39,358 bases of DNA, taken from NCBI RefSeq assembly GCF_001194135.2, contig NC_068986.1:56898775-56938132 (forward strand), in the 5' to 3' direction. This document shows positions 1 through 12,787 of this stretch, piece by piece (position 1 is the first letter of the stretch; each line of letters begins with the position of its first letter). The translations under genes and the position numbers were made by a program. This stretch comes from Octopus bimaculoides (lineage: Eukaryota). The notes below the pieces were generated by a model. The model had not been told where the DNA came from. It did no database searches and saw only the letters and a list, made by a program, of their open reading frames with translations.

Positions 1-243
1 TATTTGTGTGTGTGTGTGTCTTTGTGTCTGTGTCTTACCCCATCCACCCCACCGCTTGACAACCGCTGTTGGTGCGTTTACGTCCTCGTAACTTAGCGGC
101 TTTCCAAAAGAGGGCCATAAAATAAATAGCAGGCTTTACAAAAAATAATAAGTACTGGTGACGATTCGTTCGGCTAAAATTCTTCAAGGTGGTGCTCCAA
201 TATGGTCGTAGTGCAATGACTTAAACAAGTAAAAGGTAAAAGA
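1..243 (+). mobile_element. SINE family B (tRNA/CORE-type, OR2-like), 3' half; 5' part lies outside the window
   Basis: After (TG)n, the sequence ccaccgcttgacaaccg...gtaacttagcgg...aaggtggtgctcca...aaacaagtaaaagg matches the 3' half of the full copy at 27616-28124. Confidence 0.8.
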
Positions 244-1822
244 TTATGTACCATTCTGAAATTCTAGTCTGTTAATGGAACAGTGAAAAAGTTTTGCTTT
301 ATGAAAGGAATTCTCTCAATAGGCTGAATAGTGAAAATGTTTGAGATTTTTCTAAATTCGTTTGTAAACTTTTGCATTTCCATATATCTAAATTCCAACG
401 AAGGATCATTGTTTATTAGTGAAAAAAAAAAAAAAAACTTCTTTCTTCACAGGAAAAATTCAAAGATGAAAGCGAAATAGGGATAAACATCAACGAATAT
501 CAATGTACAAACACATGTTTATCAATATAAGTAACGTAGTGGCAAAGAATACCTGAGAATCCGTCTTTCTTTGTTGTGTAATCCGCCCACCCTCTCTCTC
601 TGTCAGTGCATCTGTGCGTGCCCTTGTATATGTGTGTATGAGTGTGTATATGTGTGCATATGTGTATGTGTGTATTATGCGATCGTCTATTAGGTGTGCG
701 GAATTGGTACACTAAACATGCACTAAAGACCGTTCATAGAGTCGAAAGAATATATAATATCAATAGTGACTGTATACTTCGAAGTTTCTGTTATGAGAAG
801 CCAGCTTAAACGCTGAAACTTCGAAGTAAAATGTTATTAATACATGCATGTGTGTGTCTATATTTGTGTATACATGTATGTACGTACATGTGTTTTTGAG
901 TCTGTGTATATATGCACTATTATAATGTCAGACTAAGAATTAAGATTAGAAGACACATAAGTGGAATCAAAATATAAGAAACAAAGAGGGAGAGAGAAAA
1001 ACGGAAGAAGAGAAAACGATGGGAAATGAGATAAAGACATTGAGATATATAGAAAGTGCACATAAGAGAAACCGAGAAAGACAGACAAAAAAAGATTGGG
1101 TCAGAGAAGATATGTAACCGAAACAGAGGACCGGGAAGAGACTGGAAATCTAGAATTGAAATGGATACAAACAGCATAGAAAACAAATGACACAAAAATC
1201 AGACACACAGACAGACATACGAACCGACGGCCGGACAGACAATCAGTGTAAAGATAAACAAAGTCTAAGCTATCCATACATATTACATAGGATTTTGTCG
1301 TTCCAGATGGGGAAGTACTCGCTCGAGCGACTAACAAAGTTTAGACAAAATAAGACTTGACGCAAAGACATATCTTAGATGGTTTAGTCATTTATATGTT
1401 CTTACAGTCACAGGAGACAGGACTTACGGCACATCTTACGCCACAACAATCTTCAGAAATCTATTTATCAAATTAAGTTCTGTAATTCCTTTTTCCGCCC
1501 AGATTTAAATGCATCATGAAGATAGATGCTTATTAAACACGCAAATGTTTGCATTCATGTTATGGTGCGCACACACTCACACACGCACGAACATTTACAC
1601 ACACGTACAAACATTTTTGCACACGTACATGCACGCACAAAAATTTACTCACACGCACATGCACGCATGCTAACTTACACAAATACACTATTAACATGCT
1701 ATATCTATAGATATACATGTGTGTGTATTTTCACACTGGTATCCAGGTATTTGAATACAGCGATCTTCTGTGGAACTACTTCAGAGACGTTGAAGATAGG
1801 AATACATACGCGCCCGCGCGCC

Positions 1823-1869
<47 letters not shown>

Positions 1870-2437
1870 GTCACAGGTTTTATCTCTCCATAAGCAGAAA
1901 GAAAAACCAATCTGATTGCTTCCTAGTCATGTTACGCTTTGATCTTCTGTTCACATGGTGACTAGTGGCTTATAGCTGTTGTAGTGAATACAATCACGGG
2001 CAGTTTCTACGCACTATATATTACCAATTTTCTGTCCATAGAAACATCAGAATCTTATATGTATTTATATTATCTACGAACTCGGGTAACAGAGCTAAAC
2101 TAAACATTCAAGAATAAGTAGTTCATAGATTTTCTGTTTGTAGATGGATCGAAGTAGCTAATCATGGTGAGCGGTAATCACGAGGAAACCAAATCGAGCT
2201 GTTCTTCGACTTTTAGAATTCAAAATTACTAGTTATACTGTAAATCGAAGAACAGCACGACTCGTTATGCCTGGTGATTAATGTTTATCATGATTTTTTT
2301 CCTACCTCTTACAAAATGTTTCTGTCACACGTTAATTTACTGAATGAAGGAAAGAAAAGTAATTTCAATATCAGCGGGATATTAAGTCGGAAGGACGAAA
2401 CTAAATGTTACAAACTACCATTTTTGACGTTCTATAA

Positions 2438-4515
2438 CAGTGGTGGGCAGACCGTGGGCCGCATCAGTGGGTCATGAAAGTCAAAGTGCCGCACCTTTTA
2501 AAATCGGGCGGTGCGCTTTAAAATAATGCAATTTATAGACAGCGTGGTTTATAAAAACAAACATTCAAAATCTATAACAAACAATTTAATGGGGAAAATG
2601 TTTCTGGTCACAATTCTGCTTTACAATTCTTTTAAAACCTGGCACAAGGTCACTGGTAGAAACTCTCATCACTGCATTTAAGTTTGTGTCTGATACCATG
2701 GACCTGTTCTTGGACTTATTTATCTTCATACAGAAAAAAATCTGTTCACAGATGTAAGTGGAACCAAAAATAGAGAATGATCTGGCAGCAAAATTTCTTA
2801 AACACGGAAAGCATTAAACAGAGTGACTTGTAAAACTTTACTAAAGGTAGGGAGTGAAAAATTTCCTTCAATAAATGATCAGGTTGAATGTATATCAATT
2901 CAAGCGGTAATTCATCAGGTGCTGCATCAACATCAGCAGAGAAAGGAGAAGTTAATAAGTTGAATTTAAGCTCAATCTGTCTGAAATCCTCAAATCCTTT
3001 TTCAAACACTTCAGTCAAACTTCTAAACTGATTTTTAATTTTTGAACACACATTTGCAGGCACTTTCTCCTTTCCCAACAATGAAAATCGGGTGAACTTG
3101 TCCTCACTTGCTTGCCTTGAAAACAAGGATAATTTTGCTTGAATAGATTTGACATGCTTCTATATTTCATGAGCCAAAAGTTCCTCTTTCCAAAAACTGC
3201 AAACATAAGTTCATATTTCCACTCTTCACAGTGCATTTCTGTAACAAATTTACACGCAATCCTTTTCATATTGAGAAAGAGCAGAATTTCTTTACGTGAG
3301 TCACATACTCGCTTCAGCACTTTGCCAAGACTGAGCCATCGTACATAGTTGTGGTAGAGAACATCCCCATGCTCAACCTCTATATCCTCTAGTAGGGATT
3401 TAAATTGTCTGTGATTGAGTGCTGTTACCCTGATGGTGTTTACTACATTCACCACTAGATCCACCACATGCTTCAGATTAAGTGCAGATTTACACAGATT
3501 TTCTTGGTGCAAAATGCAGACGAAAGACAAGAAAGCTTGGTTAGGGTTGTCGTTTCTAATCTTGTCTGCCAAAAGTTTAACTATTCCGACGTAATGCCCG
3601 GGCATCATCTATTGTTGTGCTTGTCAATCTATCCCATGATAATGCACTTTTTCAATGGCATTGCCCACACATTCATACAAATCATGACTGATTGTTGTAT
3701 TTTGTCATCGATTCTAGTGACAGCAATTCTTCGGTGATACGGAAATTCTCATCCACTCCACGTTCGAAAATGAGTAACTGTGCAGCATCTTGGATACCGG
3801 TACTCTCATCTAATGGTAACGAATAACATACAAAATCTCTACTTGCATCCCTCAGCTGTTGAGCCAACTCCTCACTGATTATTTCTATGCGTCGCACAAC
3901 AGTCCTCTTTGATAATGAATTGCTTTCGAATTTACCTTTCATTTCCGGGCATACAACTCTCGCGCAATCCATCATGCATTGTTTTATTAACTCTGAGAAT
4001 GGTTTGAAACGTCTTGAAATTCGGTATGCCAACATAAAACTTGCCTCAAACAGCCTATTACTTCTGTTCTTCATCGGTCATGTTGCGCCCAAATCTCTGT
4101 GTTTTGTTTAGTAGTGCCCCGTGAAATTGTACTCCTTTAACACGTCAATCGTCTCTTGGCACAGCAAACACACCGCTTAATTTTTAGAACTGGTGAAGAA
4201 ATACTTGTGTATCCATTCTTCATTAAATGCACGACACTCACCCCCAATTTTATGTTTTTTAGGAGATATTGTCGGTAGGGTTGGAGAGCTCGTGTTGTTG
4301 TGCAGGCGACTATCAACAATACCTACGCATGCGCAGAAAGTATGTAACCATCGGAATATGGGGCATAGATTTCTATGACACTGAAAACGTTAGCTTCGGT
4401 TAACACAAACATGTTGACTTTCACAAAAAGTTATTGATTTTTTTCTTTCTAATTTGCTGCAGGCTTCCGTCGGCTGCACAGAACCCCGTAAAAGGCCACA
4501 GTTTGACCACTTCTG
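2438..4515 (-). mobile_element. hAT superfamily DNA transposon (Buster/Charlie/SPIN, GTF2IRD2/ZBED5-like), near full-length fossil
   Basis: Imperfect TIRs: CAGTGGTGGGCAGACCGTGGGCC at 2438, and the right end reads CAGAAGTGGTCAAACTGTGGCC as reverse complement. 8-bp TSD ttctataa (2430-2437) / ttctgtaa (4516-4523) with central TA. Frameshifted transposase on the minus strand. Confidence 0.93.
2690..4260 (-). pseudogene. Disrupted hAT transposase (BED-type N-terminus, DDE catalytic domain, dimerization region)
   Basis: Minus-strand fragments: AFNEEWIHKYFF..CLLCQE..KEYN..HY (manual translation about 4240-4110); SLPLDESTGIQDAAQLLIF (ORF 3682-4074); TIDDAR (about 3610); CILHQENLC and VRWLSLGKVLKR (ORF 3015-3608); FGSTYICEQ (about 2770-2742). 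Several stops and frameshifts. Confidence 0.9.
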
Positions 4516-4742
4516 TTCTGTAACATTCAGATTTAAGTATATAAGAATCTAATGCGACCTTCAGTATTATATATTCTGACAATACTAATTACAGTGTTAT
4601 AAAAATTGAAAATATTCTGATTTTGATACACAGCTATACCAGTTTTAGGTTAGGCTGCTAGTAGATTTAATAGCTCCTGTACATTATTGATACCCAAAGA
4701 AATTAACTACAATTTCGACTAGAATGCACAGAAAGAGCTGAT

Positions 4743-4786
4743 GGTACCTCTATGCAGTCACTCGACCTATGAGAAACATCAGCCGT
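4743..4786 (-). repeat. Dispersed repeat family C fragment (unclassified)
   Basis: Reverse complement cggctgatgtttctcataggtcgagtgactgcatagagg aligns by eye with gatttggctgctatgtgtagcaggtc at 31195. Confidence 0.5.
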
Positions 4787-5564
4787 TTTTTTTACAAATC
4801 AGAACACGGAAGAACATATTGATAAATGTTATTCTAGCAGTAAAAAAAACACGGAGGACGTCAAGGGTTCATTAGTTTTCCATCGAAAATTTTGTTTGGA
4901 ATATTATGTTTACGACATTAATACACTATGGGATAAATATTTTGAATAAATAAAGCGATGAAAATGCTTATCAGCGAATTGAACATGTATCGTGGAGTCA
5001 GATCGCCGAGGTCTTACTATCAGCTGGCAACGAAAAATAACATCCAATTTGCGAATACAAAAACAAAGAAAAAATAAAATTCCCTGCAGAATGACATTAG
5101 TCCATAATTGTTATGTCGTTTTGTGACTGCCATGATAGATTTGAGATTGAAAATCGTTACCATCTATAATGTTGTTTGAGATTAAGTTACTAGCATTTTA
5201 TTTATTTATTATCACTTTAATTTATTTCCATTTTCATTTTAGCCAAACAAATCTTTGTGTCACTAGATGAAATATTATTGCCTGATCTAAGTGGGTTTCA
5301 GACTCTATTGAAACTAGGCTACGTAAAAGTTATAAAGTCAACACTAAGCGAAGATTAGTAGAACACAAAATCCATTTCTTCCAACAAAAAACGAAAGGAA
5401 GTTGGGAAATAAGATACATCCATGTAAAATACAAAAATTAGACATACAAAGATGGAAGTTGTGGATTAGATGTTGTTCAAAGGATACAAATATATGCTTG
5501 TTAAAAGAGTAAAAATATCAAATTCATCATCATTATCATCTCTATCAACATTATAATATTTTAA

Positions 5565-5773
5565 ATTGGTTTCAAATTTTGGCACAAGGTCAGCACTTTT
5601 CATGAGTGGTTAAGTCAAGTACATCGATCAAAGGGCTTAACTGGTACTTATTTTATCGGCTCCGAAAGGATGGAAGGCAACTTCAGCGGAATTTGAACCC
5701 GGAACGTTAAGACGGGCGAAATGCTGCTGAGGAGTCTGCCCGTCATGCTAACGATTATGTCAGCTCGCCACTT
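5565..5773 (-). mobile_element. SINE family A (tRNA-derived octopus SINE, OK/OR1-type)
   Basis: Reverse complement starts gtggcgagctgacataatcgttagc, contains B-box-like gggttcaaatt and ends ccttgtgccaaaatttgaaaccaat; aligns with the copies at 19080 and 20905. Confidence 0.85.
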
Positions 5774-5804
5774 AACTATCATTATTATTACCAAAAAGTC
5801 TAAT

Positions 5805-6020
5805 GCAGTGAGCTGGCACATTCCTTACTGCACCGGGCTAAGTGCTTAGCGACAATCCCTCCGTCTTTACGTTCTGAGTTCAAATTCCGTTGAAGTCGAC
5901 TTTGCCTTTAATCCTTTCGGTGTTGATAAAATAGATATCTGTTGAGCACTGGAGTTGATGCTATCGACTTACATCCTTCTCCGAAATTAGTGACCTTGTG
6001 CCAACATTTGAAACCAATAT
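5805..6020 (+). mobile_element. SINE family A with 16-bp TSD
   Basis: gcagtgagctgg...gttctgagttcaaattccg...gtcgactttgccttt...ttgaaaccaatat; flanked by attaccaaaaagtcta (5787-5802) and attaccaaaaagacta (6019-6034). Confidence 0.9.
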
Positions 6021-8790
6021 TACCAAAAAGACTAGCAAAAGCAGCAATAAAGCTTTGATAAAATATGCTTCGGGACGTGAAGTTATGGTTATTTTCTTTT
6101 TGAGTTCAGACTCCACTATGATAGACTTTGTCTTTCAACCTAGCGGAAGTCAACAATATTAAGAACTGGGTTCATCTAATTGCGTATATCAGGTCGTTCT
6201 TAGCGCTATCCATAGTATGCAATGCGTTAGTAAACCAACACCTGCACCAGGTTTGTCTAGAGAGGAAGGCAACTAGTAATATAAGGCCTTTCAAAAGGAC
6301 AGATGAACCTGACATAGTGTCAACGACTATTATTTTACAATGGTACAGTGGAGATATAAGTAAACATAGGTTGGTGAACGAGTGCACAATAAGATTTTGA
6401 GATTGATGAACTGCTAACACTCTCAGTATGGATAGAGAGTGTTTTGATGCACTGCAACTCGGTTATGTATCTTATTTTTTGTATTCTGCTATGTATGTGT
6501 GATTAACTTTGATGTATGTTTGATAGTACTGGACAAACATCGGCAAAGAGAACTCCACGCATCATGCGGACTACAGTGATATGGGGTATTAGCATCGGTC
6601 TTGTTCGGTTTTGCATGTTTATCTTTCCCAGCGTTTGTACCTTTGTGTCTGGTGCATGATACTTACTGCAACAGTTCAGGTTACACGATTAGGAAGAGAG
6701 AAAGAAACTGACAGAGAGGATATGGACACATTTCACTTAATCGAAATTCTTTATGTGCCTGTTCAGAGAAAAAGGCTTCAAGTTCCATTTTAGTTATACG
6801 TTTTCCTTATACATATTCGGAGGAAGAGTTCATTTTTATCGACTGTACCAATGCTTCTAAATCTGTGGCCTTCTGCCTAGGTTTAAAAATCAACATTATC
6901 AACATTATCAACATTATTAAGAGGTATTAACAATAGTAGTGGATCTAACAATGGGGCCTATCATACTGCCGCCCAAATAATTAGCAATAGCAGACTCTCT
7001 ACCCTTTAAAAAAATAGTAAGGGACGTTTTTAATCGTATCTCTATTCACTCAATATTGATCTAAAGCTGAACAACAACATCCTAATCGTTATCATGAGCC
7101 AATGAGTGAGTGTCTATGCAGTTTCACCCTCAAGTTACACCGTTCCGTCTACTAAAACAGAAAAATGAACAATGATTAATGTGGTCCCATATTTGAAAAA
7201 ATGAAAAGATGGAAATGTTACGAGTAGAACACTGTCAATCATATGTTTCCTGCATTTGGGACAGCCTGGACCTAAGAAACAACGACATCAATACGAAAAT
7301 CAATATCCTCACTATTGTTATTGACATCTATTTCGTCGTTGTCACTGCCCTCGTTGACGTTTTATTTTCCCACTTGTCTCTGACTCCATTAAAATGGATG
7401 CAGATGAAGTTTAGCTCAAACTTTTATAGGTAGACATCAATTTCAAAAACAATACGAGATGTAACAGACTTCAATAAGATGTAATTTTGAGTAGAAGAAT
7501 TTGTAAACTTAATGTTTAATAGACCTGAGGACGAAAAAACTGATATTAGAAAAGGTGAGGAATGCAGAAATAACTGGTGACTACCTGAAACGGGTTTATA
7601 AGACGTTGACAAATAGGCAGATATTTTAGAGGAGATACCGATGTAGTTGTAATAAAAGAGAATAAGAGAAGAAATAGCACTATTTGCGCTACAGAGGTCA
7701 TAAAGTCAAGCTAAGTTACCTGTGTACGTGTATGTGAGTTTATGTAGAAGTAAGTATGACCAGACATTTAAGAAATTAGCCTCGTAATTATCAGGCTACT
7801 GGCTCAATTCTATTGTGCAGTAATATGGGTAACAGTCTTATACTATAGTGGAGAGTCAATTCAAAGCTTAATAAATAAAACTGAGTTGATAGAAAATCTG
7901 TCGATATCTTTCAGATGAAATGTTACGGCAATTCAGAAAGCCAAGCATGCCCCTCACAGCTAGATTCTGATATATGAAACAGATTTCCGTTATAAAACTA
8001 ATTCCATTGTTTGAACCTTGTGTATTACTACTTGCTAGTATAAAACATGAATTTTTTTCAGACCCTGCTATTTACTAAGCATATTTGAGTTGACAGCTTC
8101 GGAGGGCAACCTCGTTGACAGGCAATGATGAAGTGTTATGAAGATTGCCAGAGGAAGTTAATTTAAAACTCATTTAGCTAATAACAATCAACTGGAGAAT
8201 TATGATGTTGAACCAGTATTAGTCAGATGACTGATCCAGTGATTTATAGGATTCGGGATTTGTAAATAGCTATGCTGATAGGATTTCGACGTTAAAAACA
8301 ATTTGGCCAACCAAATTTTAAAAACTATTTATAATACGAGCTCAGAAGAAAGCCTCTTCGTGATCTGTTGTCAAGATAGAAATATTTGCCCAATGTTTCT
8401 CAGCTCAAACTTCACTGGCTCTACAAGAAAAAAAAAAAAAAAAGCGAAAGGAAAAATTTACTGGATAATGTAATTTGATATAAGCCGTGGGAAAAGACAA
8501 GATGACCGCAGCTAGAATTTCTTTAATAATAGGTCTAACTCGACCAGGGATGAACTGGGACTAAGAGACAGCAACATTTTAGTGATAAAATACAGTTTCC
8601 AGATATATTTTCTGTAATTAATGGATGTTAACTTCAATATGAATGCATTTTGGTCACGTCTGCTGTTAGACTCAAGTCATCACCGATGGATTCGACGGAA
8701 AATTAGAAGTATTGCAACCATATATGTATTATGCCTTTTTGTATATGAGGAATTACAGTAGCCACTGTCTTTATTTTTAAGATGGCGATA

Positions 8791-8847
8791 TGTGATTTGA
8801 GCAAAGAGACTTGGGTGCTATTTTTAGCAAGACGAACATCCACACAA
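8791..8847 (+). repeat. Dispersed repeat family C fragment
   Basis: tgtgatttgagcaaagagacttgggtgctatttttagcaag resembles the copies at 30081 and 31181. Confidence 0.5.
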
Positions 8848-10249
8848 GTTAGCTAACCTTTTGAATTCATATTAGTTACTTAAGCATAAATTATAAATGA
8901 CTGTAAGCGCTACAAAATGGATACCATAGATTTGAACAAATATAAAATAAATATCCCACATAGATATGATAGCAGGCTATCACAACTAACATTTCTTGAT
9001 GAGTCGATATCTATTCTTGATGGTTGAGTGAAAAGGTTGGATAAGTAACAATGAAATAATAACTCGTTCCAATATATATATAAAAAAAATAGATACATTG
9101 AATCAAAATTTAATTCCTACAAGATGCATTAATATATCTTATATTACCCCTATCCCTTTCTTCCTTTACACTGTTGTATATTAGTGGCAGAGGTTGTAAC
9201 GCATTTCCACAGGTGGATGTAGTATTGGTATGATAATGAGAGAATATTTTATGATTTGACCACCGTACAAGACTTTCTCTCATAAGACGTTATCATAGGA
9301 TCACTCTAAGTTAGTATTCCCAAACAGCGAAATTCTTGATAGTTGGTGGTGATGCTTTTCAGGTCCTGGCGAAGGAATCACTAATGAAAAGCTTCAGCCT
9401 TGCGCATCTTGTAGTTTATTCAGACAACGCTATATATAACCTTACAATTTTAATGAGCTCTTTAAAGACGGTGGTTTGAATGAGATTTGACTGGCTACAC
9501 GACTAATCGTATCTTCCCTCATAGCTATTTAGTTATTGTTGTTGCTGTGTTTAGTTCTCGGATTAGTAATTGGTTATGTCGAATATGCCTATGATGAAAA
9601 ATGTTCTAATAGTGGCCATTGCGTATATCTTTTCAAACGAGCTTATCCAGCGTCTCTGACCCTGTTAAACAGAAATGTGTGAATTGTTTCATGTGGCTGC
9701 TTTTTCTTGCTACTCAAGTAACCAGAGAAGAAATATAATTTTACACATGATGTTAGTGTTGTCTCAAAGTGATTATAAGGTGCGACGGAAAGCCTTAAAT
9801 ATAAGTCTGTGGGACATTGTGCACGCTTCTTCCATAAGCAGAGATTCTGTATCAAACGAATTTGAAATTATTTTGTAAACTCACGAAGTTAAAATTATCA
9901 AGAGACCGTCTCAAGAGCATCACCCATAGAAATCTGGAAAAACATCAATATTAGACATGTAACTCCATTACAACATAAATTTAAGTAAAGCCGGGTACCT
10001 CTGCTTGTGAATAGATGTATGCGTGTGTGTGTGTGTCTGTCTGTATCTACACATATCTACACTAGGAAGAGAAAGAGAGAGGGATAGAGAGAGAGTGTAG
10101 TCACTTTGACGAAACTTCTGGTACATGAATGGCGCCTTACCTTCGAATGCATGAATAAATTCTATTGCATATATCTCTAGTTTTTAACTGAAACGCGAAT
10201 ATATAAAACCTGGATAAAAACTATATGCAGCATATCCAAAGGTTCTAGA

Positions 10250-11000
10250 ATAGTTCTATACAGACACGATGATTTAACACATGGACGGACTCATATTAGA
10301 CATGTTTATAAAAATGTAATAAATGCTTTCAAGGACTTCAACCTCAAAATAACTATCTAAAGAAACATTCTTATGGTAAATTTCCTACATATAACACTAA
10401 ACCTAACCAAATGAAAATACAATCCTTATAGAAAATTGAACGAAGTGATGCTATATATAAACAAATAATCCAACCGCACAACTTCAGTATTAGTAGTCAG
10501 CAATCTATGTCGGAGAATCACCACAATATTCTCCGACAAATAATTTTTGATCAAGAATCACTATTCTACAATGAAGCTCTAAAAATGAGTGAATTTATTG
10601 GAACTTAGAAGACATACCACAAACCATGCAAACCGACGTAAAACAAAATTGAACCAGAAAAAGAAAAACCTTGTTCAATTCGACAAATATGGCAAAACAT
10701 TTCTCACCCGATACAGCTGCATAAAAAAAGCCCTAATCTAAACTATTATTACAAGATATGTAGAAACCCACAACACATTGGTGAAAGTTGATGCAACTTA
10801 TCAAGATCCCATTCATTGAGTCGAAATTGTTTAACAAAGAGAAATGTAGTTTAACACGTAAATTGCGTTAGAGCAACAAGTCAGAAGTTCCAAGTGATAA
10901 TAACAAACGTTGAGAAATATATACAGAAAGAACACACTAACTCTGTCGAAGTTTATATCGGATCTAAAGCAGAAACTATAACGTAGTCAATAATATTGTC
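10250..11000 (+). mobile_element. Penelope-like element (PLE) fossil: RT C-terminal half, thumb and GIY-YIG remnant
   Basis: Manual translation gives LYRHDD (degenerate YRDDG, 10256-10273), then FKDFNLKITI*RNILMVNFLHITLNLTK*KYNPYRKLNEVMLYINK*SN; after a frameshift FDQESLFYNEALKMS; and EVYIGS at about 10948-10965. These match PLE RT/thumb motifs (VNFLDVTLNL, YKPYRKPN, YNEALKxSG) and the YIG motif. Confidence 0.85.
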
Positions 11001-12716
11001 AAATGTTACACAGACGATTCGGGAACATACACTACTGGAAATATCTTATAATTATGCAAGAAATATACTTTGTTAATGAAAAACAAAATGATGTAATATT
11101 TCGTTGCATTACATAATTTTCAAACTGGTTGAATTTCAATAAAGATAAATATTTAATTATGTGATAGCAATAACAGAAGAGGAAGTATAACAATTCCAAT
11201 CATATTGGAACAATAATTAACAACGAAAAGAAAAACAAAATGACCTACGAATTAACCTACGAAAAATAATGATGATCTTGAGCCCTCGGACACAGAACAC
11301 AACAGAATAATATAATTTAGTGACAACTTATTGGAACATAATTATATGAAGAATGATTTATTTAGCATCATATAAAGTCATGTAAATGTAGCCACATTTC
11401 TCTCTCTTGTCTCTCTCATTATATATATATATGTCGTTGTGTGTGCGTACAAACACCTATATCGTGGGTTCCCCACAAACTTTCTCGCTTTCTCTACCTT
11501 TTCTATTTATTTTCCGTCTTTCTGAATCCCTCTATCCTTGTCTATTTAATCTCAATGTGGCCCAGATTATGTCACCACTTCTGGTTGTTTACTTCCACAT
11601 TAGCTTTCATTTTATCCAAGACCAGCGACGCAAATATGTCCGCACACCTTTTCGTTTTGATAAAAGGCATCACCCAAAATGTCATATTCAATAGTTTCTT
11701 TCGTTGGCATATTGAGTGAGCTTCATTGTACACTTCTTTGTTGACTTTGAGCTTTCAAGCATCTGCTTTCACACGTGGAGAAAATGTGCACTTTGTTTCC
11801 ACTTTATCTCAGTCATATCTCGTATTTGTTGTGTGCTCTATCTATCTATCTATCTATCTATCTGTGTCTGAGTGTGTTTGTGTATGTATGTATGTATACA
11901 TAAGGAACAGGTATTCCTTATTTTCTTTTCCATATGATTACCTTGCATTTTCAATAAAGCTTTTTTAAAAGGTATTCAAATACCGGATCTTTCATTACGG
12001 CAGTCTTGGTATCACCTGTGCTCATAACAATGAAACACGACCAATTCCAAATTTCTCTCATTCATGGTAACATACAAAAGTTGTAGTTTAGATGGGGCCA
12101 CCGCTACATCTTACGTGAAGTGTTATCGCACTGATGTATTTTCATTATCGTGGGAATGTTGTGGTGGTGGTGGTGGTGGCGAAGATGAATCTTCATTGTC
12201 GCATGCCAGAGATTCACTACTAGCAGTTCGAATAAGTAAAATTTCTGCTCCTGAATTAACGTGTAAGTGGATGAGTATTCCATAGGCATATGTTCCTTTA
12301 ATGTAATTCTCATGCAGACCGAGCGTGGAACATTGTGTGTCAACGCTGTACATTTTGAATCACAGCATCTATTTTCCTAAAGGGCTTCAATACAGCTTCC
12401 AGTTATTCAGTTTCGCTTATAAACAATGAGGCTATAAAATACGAAATTTATCTGAAATACTACGCAATGAGATCCAACCTGGAACCACATTATTGCGAAG
12501 TGAACTTAACCATTCGGCCAAATACCATAGAATCTCTATATGAAAAGCTGGAACTTAAACTGAGTTCATAATCAATAGCGTGTTGACAGAGTCATTATTT
12601 GAGTATGTATGTATGTATGTATGTATCTCAGGTCATTTGTGAGACCTCTCATGAATGTTACTGGCAACATGGGATCCAGTAAACCTATTGCATGGTGGAG
12701 TCGTCGGCGACTAAAC

Positions 12717-12787
12717 CTACACCCATCCACTGGACTACACCCATCCACTGGACTACAACGATCCACTGGACTACACCCATCCACTGG
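12717..12787. repeat. 18-bp minisatellite, 4 copies (CTACACCCATCCACTGGA)
   Basis: Units start at 12717, 12735, 12753 (variant ctacaacgatccactgga) and 12771. Confidence 0.95.

Noticed and set aside
7230-7400. Acidic minus-strand frame NEGSDNDEIDVNNNSEDIDF, reminiscent of a piggyBac N-terminus
   Set aside because: Low complexity, short, and no transposase motifs or TTAA-TIR nearby.
12717-12787. 18-bp repeats as a possible CRISPR-like array or repeat protein (LHPSTG)n
   Set aside because: The units are contiguous with no spacers, there are no cas genes, the context is eukaryotic, and there is no support for the ORF.
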